Of a DNA stretch of 64,000 bases, positions 14,506 through 28,397 are shown piece after piece. The stretch spans positions 51,026,001-51,090,000 of the forward strand of contig OX597822.1 in assembly GCA_951406725.2 (NCBI GenBank). The letters run 5' to 3'. This stretch comes from Octopus vulgaris (lineage: Eukaryota). Each line of letters begins with the position of its first letter. Within the stretch, counting starts at the first letter, position 1. Under the pieces are notes generated by a model that saw only the letters and a list, made by a program, of their open reading frames with translations, was not told where the DNA came from and ran no database searches. Both the position numbers and the translations under genes were made by a program.

Positions 14506-15483
14506 TACTGCCAATTACTCCAGATAGCGAGTCATACAATAGGACAATATAAGTTAATCTGTAATATAATAATGCATGTAATATATTTGCTTTTGTATCC
14601 TGATAACTAACTTACGTTTGAAAATTAACAACATTGTTATAACTAAAGTCCATACTTCGTCTTATTTCGAAAATATGTCCGCTTCATTTCAGCATTGACA
14701 GAAAACATCACGGATAAATATACAGAAACGAGTTGAAGTTCATATCTTGGTGCAAAAATATTCTTTGACTTGCCCAAGATCAACGGTAGCAGAAATGTTA
14801 CCATCAGTGGTAGATTCCATTTTTTTTCTGTTATTATGTCGATTTTCAAAACACAGTCTGTGTGATTTGAGAGTGAAATGCTTTCAAATAGCAGAAGCTT
14901 CAGTGGCCAGATTGAAATCTAAATGAACAACGGATATATTTCCATATATAACATCGTTGTCCCAGGATAGACTTTTAAATGTACAGGATGGTTACAAAAA
15001 TATATTTATCAGGAAGATAAATAGTAAATTGTGCTGTAAAATTATGGCAGGCGAAGAGGGAATTGAAATCAATTTGTAGGAATATGACTCTTTTGCTAGA
15101 AACATTTTTTAAAAACTTCTGTATGTATATTTTATATTTTGCAGGATGCGCCACTGAACTTTTCATTGGTGGACAAAAGTGCAATCTAAAGAAGCAATAA
15201 TGACATCTCTCGAAAATAAATGGTGAGATATGCATGCTAAAACTTAGCAAGAAACTGCATTCCCTAGACAAATTATAGTAATATAATTTGCTAGCTACTA
15301 CTGCACTTGAATATAGGTTAGAATGACAAATGCAGCGTGATGTGAACGTCAGCAAATATTGATCTCATACAAATATACACCCAGACAAAAATATTAACAT
15401 TCGACCCCAAATCGAAATCTCGAGCCCGTGCTTTCAACTTTTAGCAAAAGACAATCGATTAAAATTATCTATAAGTATTAATA

Positions 15484-15523
<40 letters not shown>

Positions 15524-15971
15524 ACTACAGTGGATAAAATGCTATTAGATATTTGCATACAGAAACATATCGCCATGATTGAAACAATTTTCATCTGAGA
15601 TGTGTTTAATGTTGTCTAACCACTGGGCAGAAACCAAGTAAACCAATATTTACACCACTACGAAAGAAATTACGTTCAGTTGTAGTTCAGTTAATGACCA
15701 TGGATGTAAATGTATTCCTACAAAGGGAAAGAAAGCACCATTCATTATTTATATTAATACGATACCAGCAAGGAACCGCTATGTATTTTTAATGATATAA
15801 TCGATCAAATATAAATGCATAATAACGATGAGTTCTCTACAGCACACTTTGCATCATGTGTAAATGTATATATGTGTAATGTATTTATATACATCTGCCT
15901 GTCCATCTATCTATTTATCTATCTATCTATCTAAGATACAAATGCATAGATAGATAGATAGAGAGATAGAG

Positions 15972-16021
<50 letters not shown>

Positions 16022-16208
16022 TATATATGTATATAGACCTGCAAACTATAGAAGTTGTCAATGAGTATTGTAGGATATATTTATTAGCGTAAATTTATGG
16101 CTAAACTCACTAACTTGTTCAAGTTTCAAACATCATATATAGGAGATATGAAAATGAATACAATGTGTAAAATTCCAAGTAGTTACGAAATGAACTACTA
16201 AGATACAC

Positions 16209-16332
16209 GCGCAGAAGTGGCTGTGTGGTACGTAGCTTCCTTACCAACCACATGGTTCAGTGTTCAATCCAACTTGGTGGCACCTTGGGCAAGTGTCTTC
16301 TAATATAGGTTTGGGCCTACCAAGCCCGTTGC

Positions 16333-16425
<93 letters not shown>

Positions 16426-16530
16426 TGCGTGTGTGTATGTATGTATGTACGTATGCATTTGTATGTCTGTGTTTGTCCTCCCACCATTGCCTGACAACTA
16501 ATGTTGCTGTGTTTACGTCCCCGTAAAACC
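16209..16530 (+). mobile_element. SINE family A with internal microsatellite, 3' end cut by a foldback element
   Basis: gtggctgtgtggta..ggcaccttgggcaagtgtcttct..(TA)n(TG)n..gtgtttacgtccccgtaa. Confidence 0.88.
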
Positions 16531-16532
16531 AA

Positions 16533-17275
16533 TTCGGTAATTTCAACCAATCAATGACGTGTATTCATTTGAATAAAATGTCTGCTGTTGTTTGTCAACA
16601 ACAACTATCGTTGGGGTTATATTTCGTTTGTCACTGTTACTTATGACATCTTTTGTGTGTTTGTACTGGTTTTAGTTTTTAAAATTTCTACTTAGGGTTA
16701 CTGTTAGGATATTAGGGGTATGGTTAGCTTTTTGGTGTTAGGGTTAGGTTTTAGGGTTAGGGTTAGCGTTAGATTTAGGATTCAGTTAGGGTTAACGTTG
16801 GGGCTTTAGGATTAAGGTTAGGGTTGCTGTTTTAGGGTTAGTGATACTGAAAAAAGTTAAAGATGAAGAAATTGGAGGAGAAGGGATAGGCGGGCAAAAA
16901 ACTTCAAAATACCGATTTTTGGCAATTTTCCGGAATCTCCGCATCCGAAAAGCTTGGGTTTTGGCAAAAAAAAATTTTTTAAAACAAACAATAATTTGTG
17001 TGAAAATGGGGAGACGGGAGAAAGTCTTTCCGAAAATAGTAGCTGAAAAACAGGAGCAAAATCACTAAAACCATAGAAATGCACATCGATTTTGGTGGTG
17101 TCATGAAGTAAACGTGCTTCAGATACACTTGTTTATTCATACGAAGGTAACTGAGATGAAATATGCCATAAATAACAGTGACAAACGAAATATACACCGT
17201 CGGAAGTTGTTGACAAACGACATCAGTAATTTCATTCAGCTGAATACACGTCATTGATTGGTTGAAATTACCGAA
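16533..17275. mobile_element. Foldback/MITE-like element with ~120-bp inverted repeats and internal degenerate (TTAGGG)n
   Basis: TTCGGTAATTTCAACCAATCAATGACGTGTATTCA (from 16533) versus TGAATACACGTCATTGATTGGTTGAAATTACCGAA (to 17275). TTAGGG-like units at 16690-16840. Confidence 0.8.
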
Positions 17276-18819
17276 ATACGACAAGTTTATCACGAAATAA
17301 CTTCGTAAATAGAAACTTTTCTCAACAAGGCTAAGAGTAAAGGATGTTATATATGACACATTCTACCAGTATCCGAATTTCAAACTGTTTAGTTAAAGAA
17401 AATTAATTAATCGAGTTGCCCGTCAAAAAGAAACGATCATGTATGTATATTCGATAAATAGGAATGAATTGATCATATGTACCTATCTTCTCATTTTTCA
17501 AGCTATGCATATAGAACAATGCTGATATAATTACACTACCCTCCCGTTCACACCTGACCCAATGTCTATCAGATTTCGGTTGAAAAGTTTCCTCCCAAAT
17601 GTCATATTACAGCTTAGTGGTATGTGATATAGAGTATTGCAAAATATTATTATTTCCTCGTGGGAATATTATTTCCGCCTATTTGAAGAATGCATCCTTC
17701 TCTTCTCTTTTTCCTTTACATATATTTGCGTGTGTGTCATTTTGGAAGTGTACGCATCTGTGTGCTGGTGGATTATCTAATCTTCGATATTATAATTTAT
17801 TTGTAACTATTTTCTAATGTATTTACTTTGAATCGTATCGTCAAACTAGCAGATAGACTTCTTTATTCCAATTAATCATGAAATTCTGAATGTGATTTTC
17901 GTTGCCTTTAAATCCAAATAGAATCTCGTGAGATAACAAAACTTATATTCCTTTACAAATATCAGTCATATTTATTTCATTTGACAGAGAAAACTAGTAA
18001 ATAGGAAATATATTTTTCCTACAGTCATTAAGGTGATTAATTATGCTTATCTCATGTCTTAACATACAAAATTCACAAAGCGCACTTTCCATTTGACACT
18101 AAGCTTTGATTTACAGAAGATACCCAGAACTATTTGGCATTATGGTTTATTACGGACAGATGCGAATTTATATGATTTCAAACCACAGTTGTAATGCGCA
18201 GTATTTTAATTTGCATAAAGCGTTCGTGTGAATCGTATTCAATAGAGAGATTACACGTACATTTACACGTTCCTCTCTCAGATGTCGTTTTGTAATATCA
18301 GTTTATCTTTATTTGGTATAGTTGATAGAACTTTTGTAATGCAATTTCATGATTCTTCTTTATCCGATGATGTTCGGTTTTATAAATTCGAACAGTAAAA
18401 ATTTTAACGATATTGAACAAGATACGTGTTAAAAACGGTGGTGTATGACTGGACTAATGTATCACTTGATTTCATTGTTTGGTAGATCATCAGTAGTAAT
18501 ACGCAAAGCATCGAGTGTCAGAGAGGAAGCCAGTTAAATTGATATGGAATTATTCTGCCGGACAGCACTATACAATCGTGTAAAACTGGCGGGCATGAAA
18601 GTATAGAATTCAAAATTTCTCTATGTTATTGGAATGAATTTGATCGGGCATGAATAGTTTGAGAATATGCCCTTGTCTAAGATGTTAGTTGATCACATGA
18701 ACAAAAGAAAGTGAAAAGAGGTTTTCTAAATTATTTAGAAGAATTTCAGGAATTACTCTTGAATTGAAGTGAAATACTTATGTTGGTATTATCATTAATC
18801 TGAAGTATAACTGCCGCAC

Positions 18820-19075
18820 CATAGGTTTCAACGACGAGTGTTCCAGTTGACCAGCCATCGGAACATCTTGGAAATTAACGTACAAGTGACTGAGCACTCC
18901 TTGAATACGGGTAACATTAACGTAGCTCTCAGGGAGATTCAGCGTGATACAAATTGTTACTAGACAAGCTTTGTGAATTAAAGGTACGGCTAACTTTTTT
19001 TTCCAGTAGAGTGGACTGACACAACGTGAAATACAGGTATCGAACTCACAACGATTAACTCACGCACCTTCACAA
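18820..19075 (-). mobile_element. SINE family C, diverged
   Basis: The minus strand has a gttcga B-box-like motif and cagtccactc, shared weakly with 55400-55620. Partly recognition-based. Confidence 0.55.
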
Positions 19076-20854
19076 AAAGAAATACTATATTTGGAAAAAT
19101 CTTCGTCATCGATCTGTCCTCTAAGAATAGCATATACATGCATATAACTTTAGGTTATGCTGTATTAACTCGGTAAATATACACTAGATATAACTAGTCT
19201 GTGATGGACGCTAGTTGACACATGATAGAATAGCCTTAATTATATCGTGTTGTGCTTCTCTTCAGATGTAGTCTCATTCCAAAATTTAATTGATAGTAAC
19301 AATTAAATTGATAGTAAATCATCAAGAATCAAGATAAGAAATATATTCAGAAAGTTGCGGAAATTGATTTGGCTTATGCAATATTATTGGTCACTACATA
19401 ATATTTTTGCCTGTGTTGAAATTAAGATTCATAACATTATTTATTGCTGACATGTGAAAATGGTGGACAAGCTTAAAAAAGCCTAAATCATATATGGTAC
19501 ATGCCAAGGATCAGTCTTAAGAAAGCCGAGACATTCGTGTTGCGACAAAGATTCTGTTAGAATGAGCATATTTTATATAATTATTAAGGGCGGGAGTAGG
19601 AACAGTTATATCCCGATAGATATATCCATCGCTTCTGACCACAATATTTCCAAGCACATTGAAATTAAAATATATCATCAAAAGATAACCCTGAGAGTCT
19701 TAGCAAATATGTTTGTCACACATCGGGTCAATTAGTACAAATTGATTATGTTAGAGGGTTATGCTGTTCTGCGCAATATTCACAACTAAACGAACTATAT
19801 CTTGCTAATATATTATAACCCAAGCAGTACAATCTCAGAAGAATCGGAAAATATAGACAATACGATCATGCATTATTCAAACCAGCAATAACACATACTA
19901 CACAGCCGCCATCCAATAATATGACATGTCACATGTAGCACGTAGATAATACTTGGCGCAGCTCCCGACTTATAGCAGAGTTCATATATTACATTATCTA
20001 TTGAAGTAATATCACAAGCCAGGCAAATTTAATGTTGAATAGAAAAGTAATACGACATGTCTGAAAAACATCTCAGTTCGACTCAAATACAAATCAACGT
20101 GGGATGGAAATTCCTACGAAATATTTAAAAATATGAAAATAATATCGAGCCCAATACTTAAGAGTTATTTTTTATAGATTCACGGTGGATGAAAAGAAAA
20201 ACCAACTTCAGAAATTTAAATCAGAACGCAAATATTTGCAACAAAATATTGCATGCACGACAGTCTAATGATTCTGCGAAATTCTTTCAATAATAGCAGT
20301 TTATTAAGAATCCATATGTCTTCATCCTTATAAGCAATTCATGCATTTCAAAATCCCCTTGGTAATTTAAGTTCAGAGAACTGCAAACAATGTGTAGGTT
20401 AATATTTGGTTATAGTAAGAGAACGCGGAACCGCATTAAAGAAACATGAAAACAAATATTTTACTCAAACTTTAATATAACGTTTTAATCTATACCTTAT
20501 TAATTTGCTTTGCTTTTCTTCAAATATGAGTGACTTTTTTCTGAAGAAAATATCATGATATATTTGACATTACAAAACCCCCACATACACGTACGTGTGC
20601 GTGTGTGTGTATTTCTCTGTCTGTCTGTATGAGTGTCTGTGTTTTTGTGTGTGTATGTTTCTATGCATGTATTTAATCTTTCGTTATTGGGAATGTAATA
20701 TTTACATCGCTATCTTTATATATTTCGATAATGTTTCTACATCATGGATTATAAACAGAATTAAATTATAGCATGAATTTAGGAGGTAGATATGCGCGAA
20801 AGTGTTTACTTAATTGATGACACGTAAACAGTTTTTACTATATTACTATAGTAA

Positions 20855-21392
20855 AAATAGTGACGATCTGTCAAAATCGTTAGCACGCTGATCAAAATGC
20901 CTATTGACATTATGTACTGAGTTCAAATTCCGTCGAGGCCGAATTGTGTCTAAATTTCGCGGTCGATTAGAATAAGTATAAGATGAAGCACATGGGGTGA
21001 TGTAATTGACTTGCCCCTCTACCGAAATTACTGGACTTGAGTCAAAATTTAAAACGCATATCACTATAGTAAGGGAAAAGAGCACGGCTAGCTGGTAGGA
21101 TCTTTTGCATAGCGAACAAAATACTTAGCAGTTTAAGTTCTGAGTCCAAATTCCGGCAACGTCGACTTTGCTTTAAGGCGGTGAGCTTGTAGAGTCGTTA
21201 CCTCGCAGGAAAAAATGCTTAGCAGCATTACTTCAGACTTCATGCTCAGAGTTCAAATGATGTCACGGTTGATTTTGTCTTTCATCCTTTAGCGGTCGAC
21301 AAAATAAGTACTAAGTTGAACGTTTGGGTCAATTTAATCGACTTAGCCTCCTCTTTTGAAATTGCTGTACTTATGCCAACATTTGAAACTGA
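20855..21392 (+). mobile_element. Cluster of about three SINE family B copies
   Basis: Repeated aatcgttagca / ctgagttcaaattcc / gtcgac..aataagta motifs. Confidence 0.8.
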
Positions 21393-21589
21393 TATTACTA
21401 TAGTAAAGGTTATTAAAAATACAAATATCGTATGTAAAGCCAATCTATGACAAGATGTAGTTTTGTACTAAATTTATAATACTGACACCTTACCGAAACA
21501 CGCATACTCACAACTAGTATTATAATGCATTTTCTTTTTAAAGTGATAAGAGATATTTCGAAATACGCAAAAATTACACTGTTCATTAA

Positions 21590-21830
21590 GAATAGGCCTG
21601 GCGAGTATGTCTAGCATGATGTGCCATAATACTCTCATTGTATTAGGTGTCCATGCGGTGGCGAGCAGTTATAGAGTTATTGTAGTCCTCCCAGAAATTG
21701 TAGTCTTTCAAGAACATCGGGAATATAGTAAATGGAGAGAGGACTGCACCAGCACCCACCTGTTATACATTAGACTTTGAGGAGACCTGAGATAGCTGAA
21801 ATTAAGTTCCTCGTTAAACGACACTGCTCA
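21590..21830 (-). mobile_element. Possible very old CR1-like LINE remnant
   Basis: Weak resemblance only (..SPQ.., YNFWE..HRMD) to the CR1 RT C-terminal WSP / NYWERL..RRR.R region. Confidence 0.25.
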
Positions 21831-23056
21831 CTTTTATAGAAAGTAGAACAATCCTGACACATACACTCTATCCAATAGGACAATAATACTGATCATCTAA
21901 CTTCTGCAAGATAATGCGTTGGTAAAACAATAACGCGCTTTGAATCTGATGCATATTTTTCACTTAATTTTCCTTATCTGCTGATATTCTATTATCTGTG
22001 AATCAGTCGGTAATAATAAAGAAAGGAGAACTATAGATAGATAGTAGATTCGATTGATAATGCATACTATCCTGCAGAAAAGCAGCAAGGTAATTTTATG
22101 ATAAATCGACATATCACTTAGAGAGGCATTACAAGAATAAATTCTGAATGTAATTTTAAATGGTTGCCTTGTAAATACTTTCCGATAGAATTCTGTCTTC
22201 TATGTTCAAATCCAACATAGTTTGAATTTGGTCTTTGTGGACCAGTGATCGATAAAATACGATAAATTGTCGAATAATTCTTCTAGAAGTCTAACCTGAA
22301 ATGATTCACTTTGTACTAAAATTGGAAATCAATATTTATATTTGATATACAGAAATATATCAGAGTATATTACTCTAGGTAAGCTCATTCAACGAATCAG
22401 TGGTTTTCATACTCTATGTAAATCATTTCTTTCTCTCTAATTCGTGTAAATAGTATGCAGTAGTATATTTTCATAGCAATCCTTTATAATAAATGAAGTT
22501 GAAAGTGTGGAAGAAGATAGAGCAGTGACATGTTAAACATATATGTAACCAAACTGAGTGGGTTATAATTTGATAACGCAGGGACACATTCAATATAAAA
22601 TATCGGCACTTTTGAACGAAGTAAATCTAAGAAATAATCATGTTTTATAGACCTGCATGTTATATTAGAAAACGTTCCTGTTAGTCATTTCGATTGATTG
22701 AGTCTAACATTATTCCCTTTAACGTCATCGCCTCGCTATGCATCCGGACAGAAATCAAATATTTTTATGAAATTACGTCAGTCATACGATATTGAACGAC
22801 TCAATATATTTCGCATAGAATTGTCAATCCTAAACCCAGGAAGAATTGCATAAAAATTGCGTGATACAACATGAGAACCTCGAATATAAAGCAAATATAA
22901 AGAAAAAATAAAATTCGAGAACAACGTAACCGAAGGGGTTGTATGATTCTATAAATTTCCAATAATGGAAAGTGTACGTTATGCATAAATGCAGACAAAA
23001 AGTGAATCACACATAAACGTAGATCTTAGAAACGTTATCTTGGAACGAGTTACATG

Positions 23057-24322
23057 CATTTTCTGGTTGAAAAGTACCTAGGCTGACCAAGACAATTTCA
23101 TGGACTGTTATCAAATGAGTTTCATTTTCATCGTAGTTCCCCTTGCGGATCACACACATCTTCCATTGACGTTGCAATGCTTCGATCCTGTTGGTCAAAA
23201 GGTCATCCAAAGCACACAAGAAGTCATCAACACTGCGATACTGGTTCCCAACCAAGTGTTCGTTGTTTTCTTCGGCAATCAGATGTGGCCAAATCAAGAG
23301 AATAATGGGTATAATCAACCATTTCAAAACCAAATTCACACACAGCAGCCATTAAAACCAAGGTCTTGTTTGCTGGAACGTTGTCATGCTGAAACAAGAT
23401 ATATTGGTCAGTTTTGCTGGACGTTTAATCTTGATAGCCTTTTATAGCTAACTCAGCATGTTGGCCTAGTACACTGCATTGATGGTGCGGCACTTTTGAA
23501 GACAGTCAATAAACACAATGCGTTTAGAATCCCGCCAAAATGGGCCATCACTTTCGTAGCTGATGAAATTGATCTTGGCCTTCTTTGGAACAGGTAAGAA
23601 GGGGTGTTTCCACTGTATGCATTCTTTCTTTCTCTCTGGCTCAAAGTGATTTAACAAACACTCATCCTAGATGAGGAAACGTTGAACAAATCTAGCTAGA
23701 TCTGCTTCAAACGATGTCAGGTGTTCCCATGATGTAATCAGCTTGGTGCGCTTTTGATTAGGTGTCAGAGGACGTAGCACCCACCCAGCAGAAACATTCG
23801 TCATGCCAGGATTATTGTGCAGAGTATTCTCAACTCTCTGATGGGAAATGTTAATAGTATTGTTTATTTGATTCACACTCATTCGTCTATCATCCATCAT
23901 CATAGTGTGAATATGATCAATGATTTTCCCGGTAGTTGCAATTGTAAGACGTCCAGATTGGGTCATCTTCAAGATTCTCTCTTCTCCTCTTAAGTTCAGT
24001 TGCCCACCTTTGCACTGTTGATAAAGCTGGAACGTCATACCCTAGAGTGTAAATCAGAAGTGTATGAGCTACTATGAATGTCCTTGGGGGCTAAACCCTA
24101 ATGCTGCAGGTTCTTGATAACGCCAAAATGTAAAATTTTGTCAATTTTCAATATAATGCGCTACTAGCTAATTTGGAAATCTTTTTGTATCGTCAGATAT
24201 GTTTTCCTGTTTCGAAACAAAGCAGTTATTAATGAGAAGCATTGAAATTAATGCATGCAAGATTTCAAAGCTCTAGCCTCACTCCTTCATAATCAGCCTA
24301 TGAACTTTTCAGCCCACCCTAG
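23057..24322 (-). mobile_element. Near full-length mariner (~1.27 kb), inactive
   Basis: Inverted termini TGAAAAGTACCTAGGCTGA (~23068) and TCAGCCTATGAACTTTTCAG (~24293). ORF pieces DDRRMSV..VSAGWVLRPLT, QWKHP..PKKAK, QHDNVP, ALQRQWKMCVIRKGNYDE. Confidence 0.92.
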
Positions 24323-27033
24323 TATGTAACAACTCCATAATATGTTCAATACTTCATTAGTTTGCTTGTCAGTTAATATTGTGTACAATATTTTGAAGTT
24401 TCGAAACTAACACAGTTTTTATTACTTCCATCACATTTTATGATAATGAAATTTGAAACTGAAATTATGAGATTTTAATTCGTAAAAAGCAAAATCTTAA
24501 ATATCATCAGTCTTTTTAAATTCAACAAGAAAATATCCTACTAAATTCCTGCAGTGATTTATCACGTTATATATTAGCCAATACTTCTTTATCAGTTCTG
24601 CCAAAGTTTCCCTCCTTGTTGCATTATTTTATTTATCTTTCTGCTAAGGTAAAAGAGTTTGATGGAAAATCGATCGTTTCTGATACGGGAACAATATCTA
24701 AATTGTGAGTCGGTCTATGAAGATGTTTAATATTGGAATTCACTTTTTTTACCATTAAACACGAAATCCTAATGATAGATGCTCATAAATCACCATAGAT
24801 TTCTTATTAAATTATTTTTCATTTTATTTTTTTTTGCGGATGTCCCGGAAAGCAAACAAAAACACGTCACTAAACTGATCGACATCGTGGCATTAATGAA
24901 CACACTTTCTCCCCCGGCCAACAGCTGAGATGCCTCTGTTTCTGGTAGATAACCGTTATCATGTCACAAACTCCAGAGCATTCCCTATTCATTCGTTTCG
25001 CCTCTCATACCCCGTACAACAGAATGTGTCTTGCTAGCACATACATCCAATCATTTCTTCTCAGATGTCAAGGTCCTGGGTTGTTTCTTTTCTGTTTTTT
25101 TTTTTGCAGCCATCGTCGTGATAACCACACCGGTGTGAGAGCGCTAGTGTAAGTAATGGGCCTAATCCCTTCCTTCATATAACACTAACGAAAATGCTCC
25201 TAAAATCATCTCATTTTAGAATGCTGGAAATGAACCCCATATCTGAGACTCTAATTGTTTACCATAATATTTTTTACGCGAGAAACCGAGACATCGAGTA
25301 TTTTTACAAATTTCTTCTTTAGAATCGTTAGTATTATTCCTGTAAATGACTAAAATTGACTTGCAAAATAATGTTTACACATAAATATTCTAATATCCAT
25401 CCACATGTTTTCTTGATCTTAATTCTATCCAATTATATTTATATACATGAATGTATATGCCGGCAGCTATTCTAACAGTTTTACAGTTAGAATTTCAAAA
25501 CGTTATTTATATTTCATTTAAATATGCAACTCTAGAGAGTTTGTAAATTCTAATTTTAATATTTATACGATCTAAATACGATTGCGTCTGTAATTAGAAT
25601 AATATTAAAATAATCTATAAACTAATTTGCTATAAACTAACATTTTCAGCTGTGTTTTGGTTGAATTTTCTCATGGAATGTCTGAGACGTATTTGTTTGA
25701 AGATTTCATTAAATTATCAATGGCAACGTCTCTATTATTTTTCAATCGATTAACTTAGAAAGACAGAGATATTAAACATTCGTAATCAATAAGAAGCCGA
25801 GTAGAGACTTACTCTGTTCTAATTATATTCTCACGGAACTCTAAATGGTATTTGAAAAACTCTTCTGGATATTTCGATCATTCAAGTCGGTGACAAGAAA
25901 TTATACATCAGAATCAAAGTGAAATTGTTTGAACGACTTCATATAATCGAGTTTAAAGAATAAAAGAGACTCATAGTAAATATAAATTGAGGGATGTAAA
26001 ACAAAGAAAAGTATATAAAATGTGTAAGGACTTCATTATGATTTAGTCATTTCTCCCGAGAAAATATAGAAAACTGTTGTTTCATTCTTGAGTGCTTTTA
26101 TTTCCCTGTTATTCCCTTTACGTAATTACTCCTGCTTATAAAAGAAATGCAAGATCAATTTGTCTCTTTCCAAAGTAAATTATGGTTGGAAAACGTCACA
26201 AGTGGTTTGTGTTCTTTCTTGGAAATAAATTTATTACCTATGATAGAAACATCGGCTATCCAGAACTTTTCCTTGCATTCACAAGCAGCCCTAAGTGGAC
26301 TGAAGTAACTGAAAATCTTATGCACAGCGGGAAAAGATGTACTATTTCAAACTTCATGCAACAAAATTCTTAAATAGTCCTTCTCCTGCCTTTGGTATGA
26401 CAACATAAAAACGAACAAATATTCCTTCTTTGAACACTTTCAAATGACGTTCAACTGTTTTCCTCGCGTTGTATGCGATTCTTTGTTACTACTGTTCAAA
26501 GTGAAAGACATGGATACTTGAAAATAAAGTAACATTGTTGCAAAGTCATCATTGATGCACAATGAAAATAATTGTCAATGCTGTTCTCTGTCGTTCATTG
26601 ACAGCCATATATATGCCTATTGTTTTTTAGTATACATTGTCTGGGAGATTTTTTCTTATAGTAGAAGAAATAGCTAAGTCCTTTGGCTGCTATTTCTAAA
26701 AGTTCGATATGTGACGAAGCAAATTCTTTTGCTGAACCCTTTTAACATAGTGATCACTACTTGGTAGAATTATAAATTACTAATTAATTAATTAATTTCC
26801 CCTTTATTATTACTGATAATATAATTCTTTCCCTGATAATAAACTGCAGATTTTTCTGTAGGAATTTGTTGCTCTACAACAAAGGTGGGTGGGCGAAGGA
26901 GAATACGAAGCCTCATTCCTATGTTTTGAATTCGTTGGTATTGGATTTGAAAACAGATTGTCTGATGTTACTTGAATCAGATAGGTATTTTCAATTTTTT
27001 CAGCGCTCTCTAATATAAAATTATTGAAATCTG

Positions 27034-27112
27034 TGTGCTGATGAAGAGAATGTTAGAATGGAGATGGAATTCCTGCATCTCCACAACTATCAAACTCAGA
27101 AACGCGTCTACA
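27034..27112 (+). ncRNA. Putative type I hammerhead ribozyme (PLE-type, palindromic stem III)
   Basis: TGTG-CTGATGA-(A)GAG..TGGAGATG/CATCTCCA..CTC(A)-GAAA-CGCG-TC-TACA. Predicted cleavage after C27108. Confidence 0.7.
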
Positions 27113-27224
27113 AGTAATCAAATGCCGGGTGAACTTTCGGTATTTATCCCTCTAAGCCTACGTGAATGTTATTGAGTATTCATTGTCTGGGAGATTATTC
27201 TTATAGTAGAAGAAATAGCTAAGT

Positions 27225-27694
27225 CATCATCATCATTGTTCGACCGTGGTCGAGACAATGGAATTTACCATGTTGCGCCAGACTTCACGGTCCATCATAG
27301 CATTACGGAGGTCCTGTTGCTGGATGCCTGTATCCCTGGAGATTACATCAGGGTAGGAGAGTGAGTAGATGGCTTCCAGAGGAGAAGAGGAGAAATTACT
27401 TCTTTTTCAGCTCTACAACAATGTCCAGCAAACTGGACTCTCCTACCTTTCACAAGAGATGACACAGGTGGTAATTTCCCATATATTTGCATTTTAGTTG
27501 AATGGCGCCTCCACGAGAGGTTTTGAGCTCTCATAAGGAGGCGAGTGTAGGTTCCATCCAACCGCCTCTCAAGCTTCTTTGATAACGTCCAGGTTTCTGA
27601 GCCATATAGTAGGATTGGTTCGACTGTGGCTTTGAATATTTCAAGTTTGAAGTCTCTACTTAGATTTGATGACCAGATCTTATGCATGTCATTA
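27225..27694 (-). mobile_element. 5'-truncated RTE-like LINE 3' end with (TGA)n tail and 6-bp TSD
   Basis: KLEIFKATVEPILLYGSETWTL..RLDGTYTRLLMRAQN..RRVQFAGHCCR..DREVWR. TSD CTAAGT at 27219-27224 and 27695-27700; the empty site is visible in the paralogous copy near 26675. Confidence 0.93.
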
Positions 27695-27901
27695 CTAAGT
27701 TCTTGGGCTGCTATTTCTAAAAGTTCAGTATGTGGCGAAGCAAATTTTTTTTTTTGCTGAACCCTAATTATAATTATACTCATAATTATATAAAGTGATG
27801 TTTAAGTTTACCATAACAGGATTCTTTTAACATATTGATCACTACCTGGTACAATTATTAATTACTAATTAATTAATTAATTTTACCCTTTATTATTACT
27901 G

Positions 27902-27949
<48 letters not shown>

Positions 27950-27950
<1 letters not shown>

Positions 27951-28150
27951 TTTTACTTGTTTCAGTCATTTGACTGCGGCCATGCTGGAACACCGCCTTT
28001 ACTCGAATCAAATCGACACCAGGACTTAGTCATTGTAAGCCTGGTACTTATTCTAACGGTGTCTTTTGCCGAATCGCTACGTGACGGGGAGCTGAACGCA
28101 ACAGCATCAGTTGTCAAGCGATTGTGGTGGGGCAAACAAAGACACAGAAA
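27950..28150 (-). mobile_element. SINE family A, 3' half
   Basis: cttttacttgtttcagtcatttgactgcggccatgctgg is the reverse complement of the 59712 copy's tail. Confidence 0.9.
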
Positions 28151-28163
28151 CATATACACACAT

Positions 28164-28217
<54 letters not shown>

Positions 28218-28344
28218 TAACGATATATATATCTATATATATATTTATATATTTATATATGTATCTGTATATATATGTGTATATATATATATACATTAAC
28301 GATATATATATATCTATATATATATATTTATATATGTATCTGTA

Positions 28345-28397
<53 letters not shown>

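Larger units (their letters stand above)
26629..27903 (+). repeat. Local direct repeat of ~190 bp (26629-26817 and 27176-27903, second copy split by an RTE insertion)
   Basis: cattgtctgggagatt..ttcttatagtagaagaaatagctaagt..ggctgctatttctaaaagttc..tgatcactac..ccctttattattactgat occurs twice. Confidence 0.9.

Noticed and set aside
16690-16840. True telomere or chromosome fusion site
   Set aside because: Short, degenerate, single orientation and enclosed by inverted repeats.
19480-19930. Ancient LINE RT (GTCQGSVL resembling GVPQGSVL)
   Set aside because: A single weak motif with no supporting RT motifs readable.
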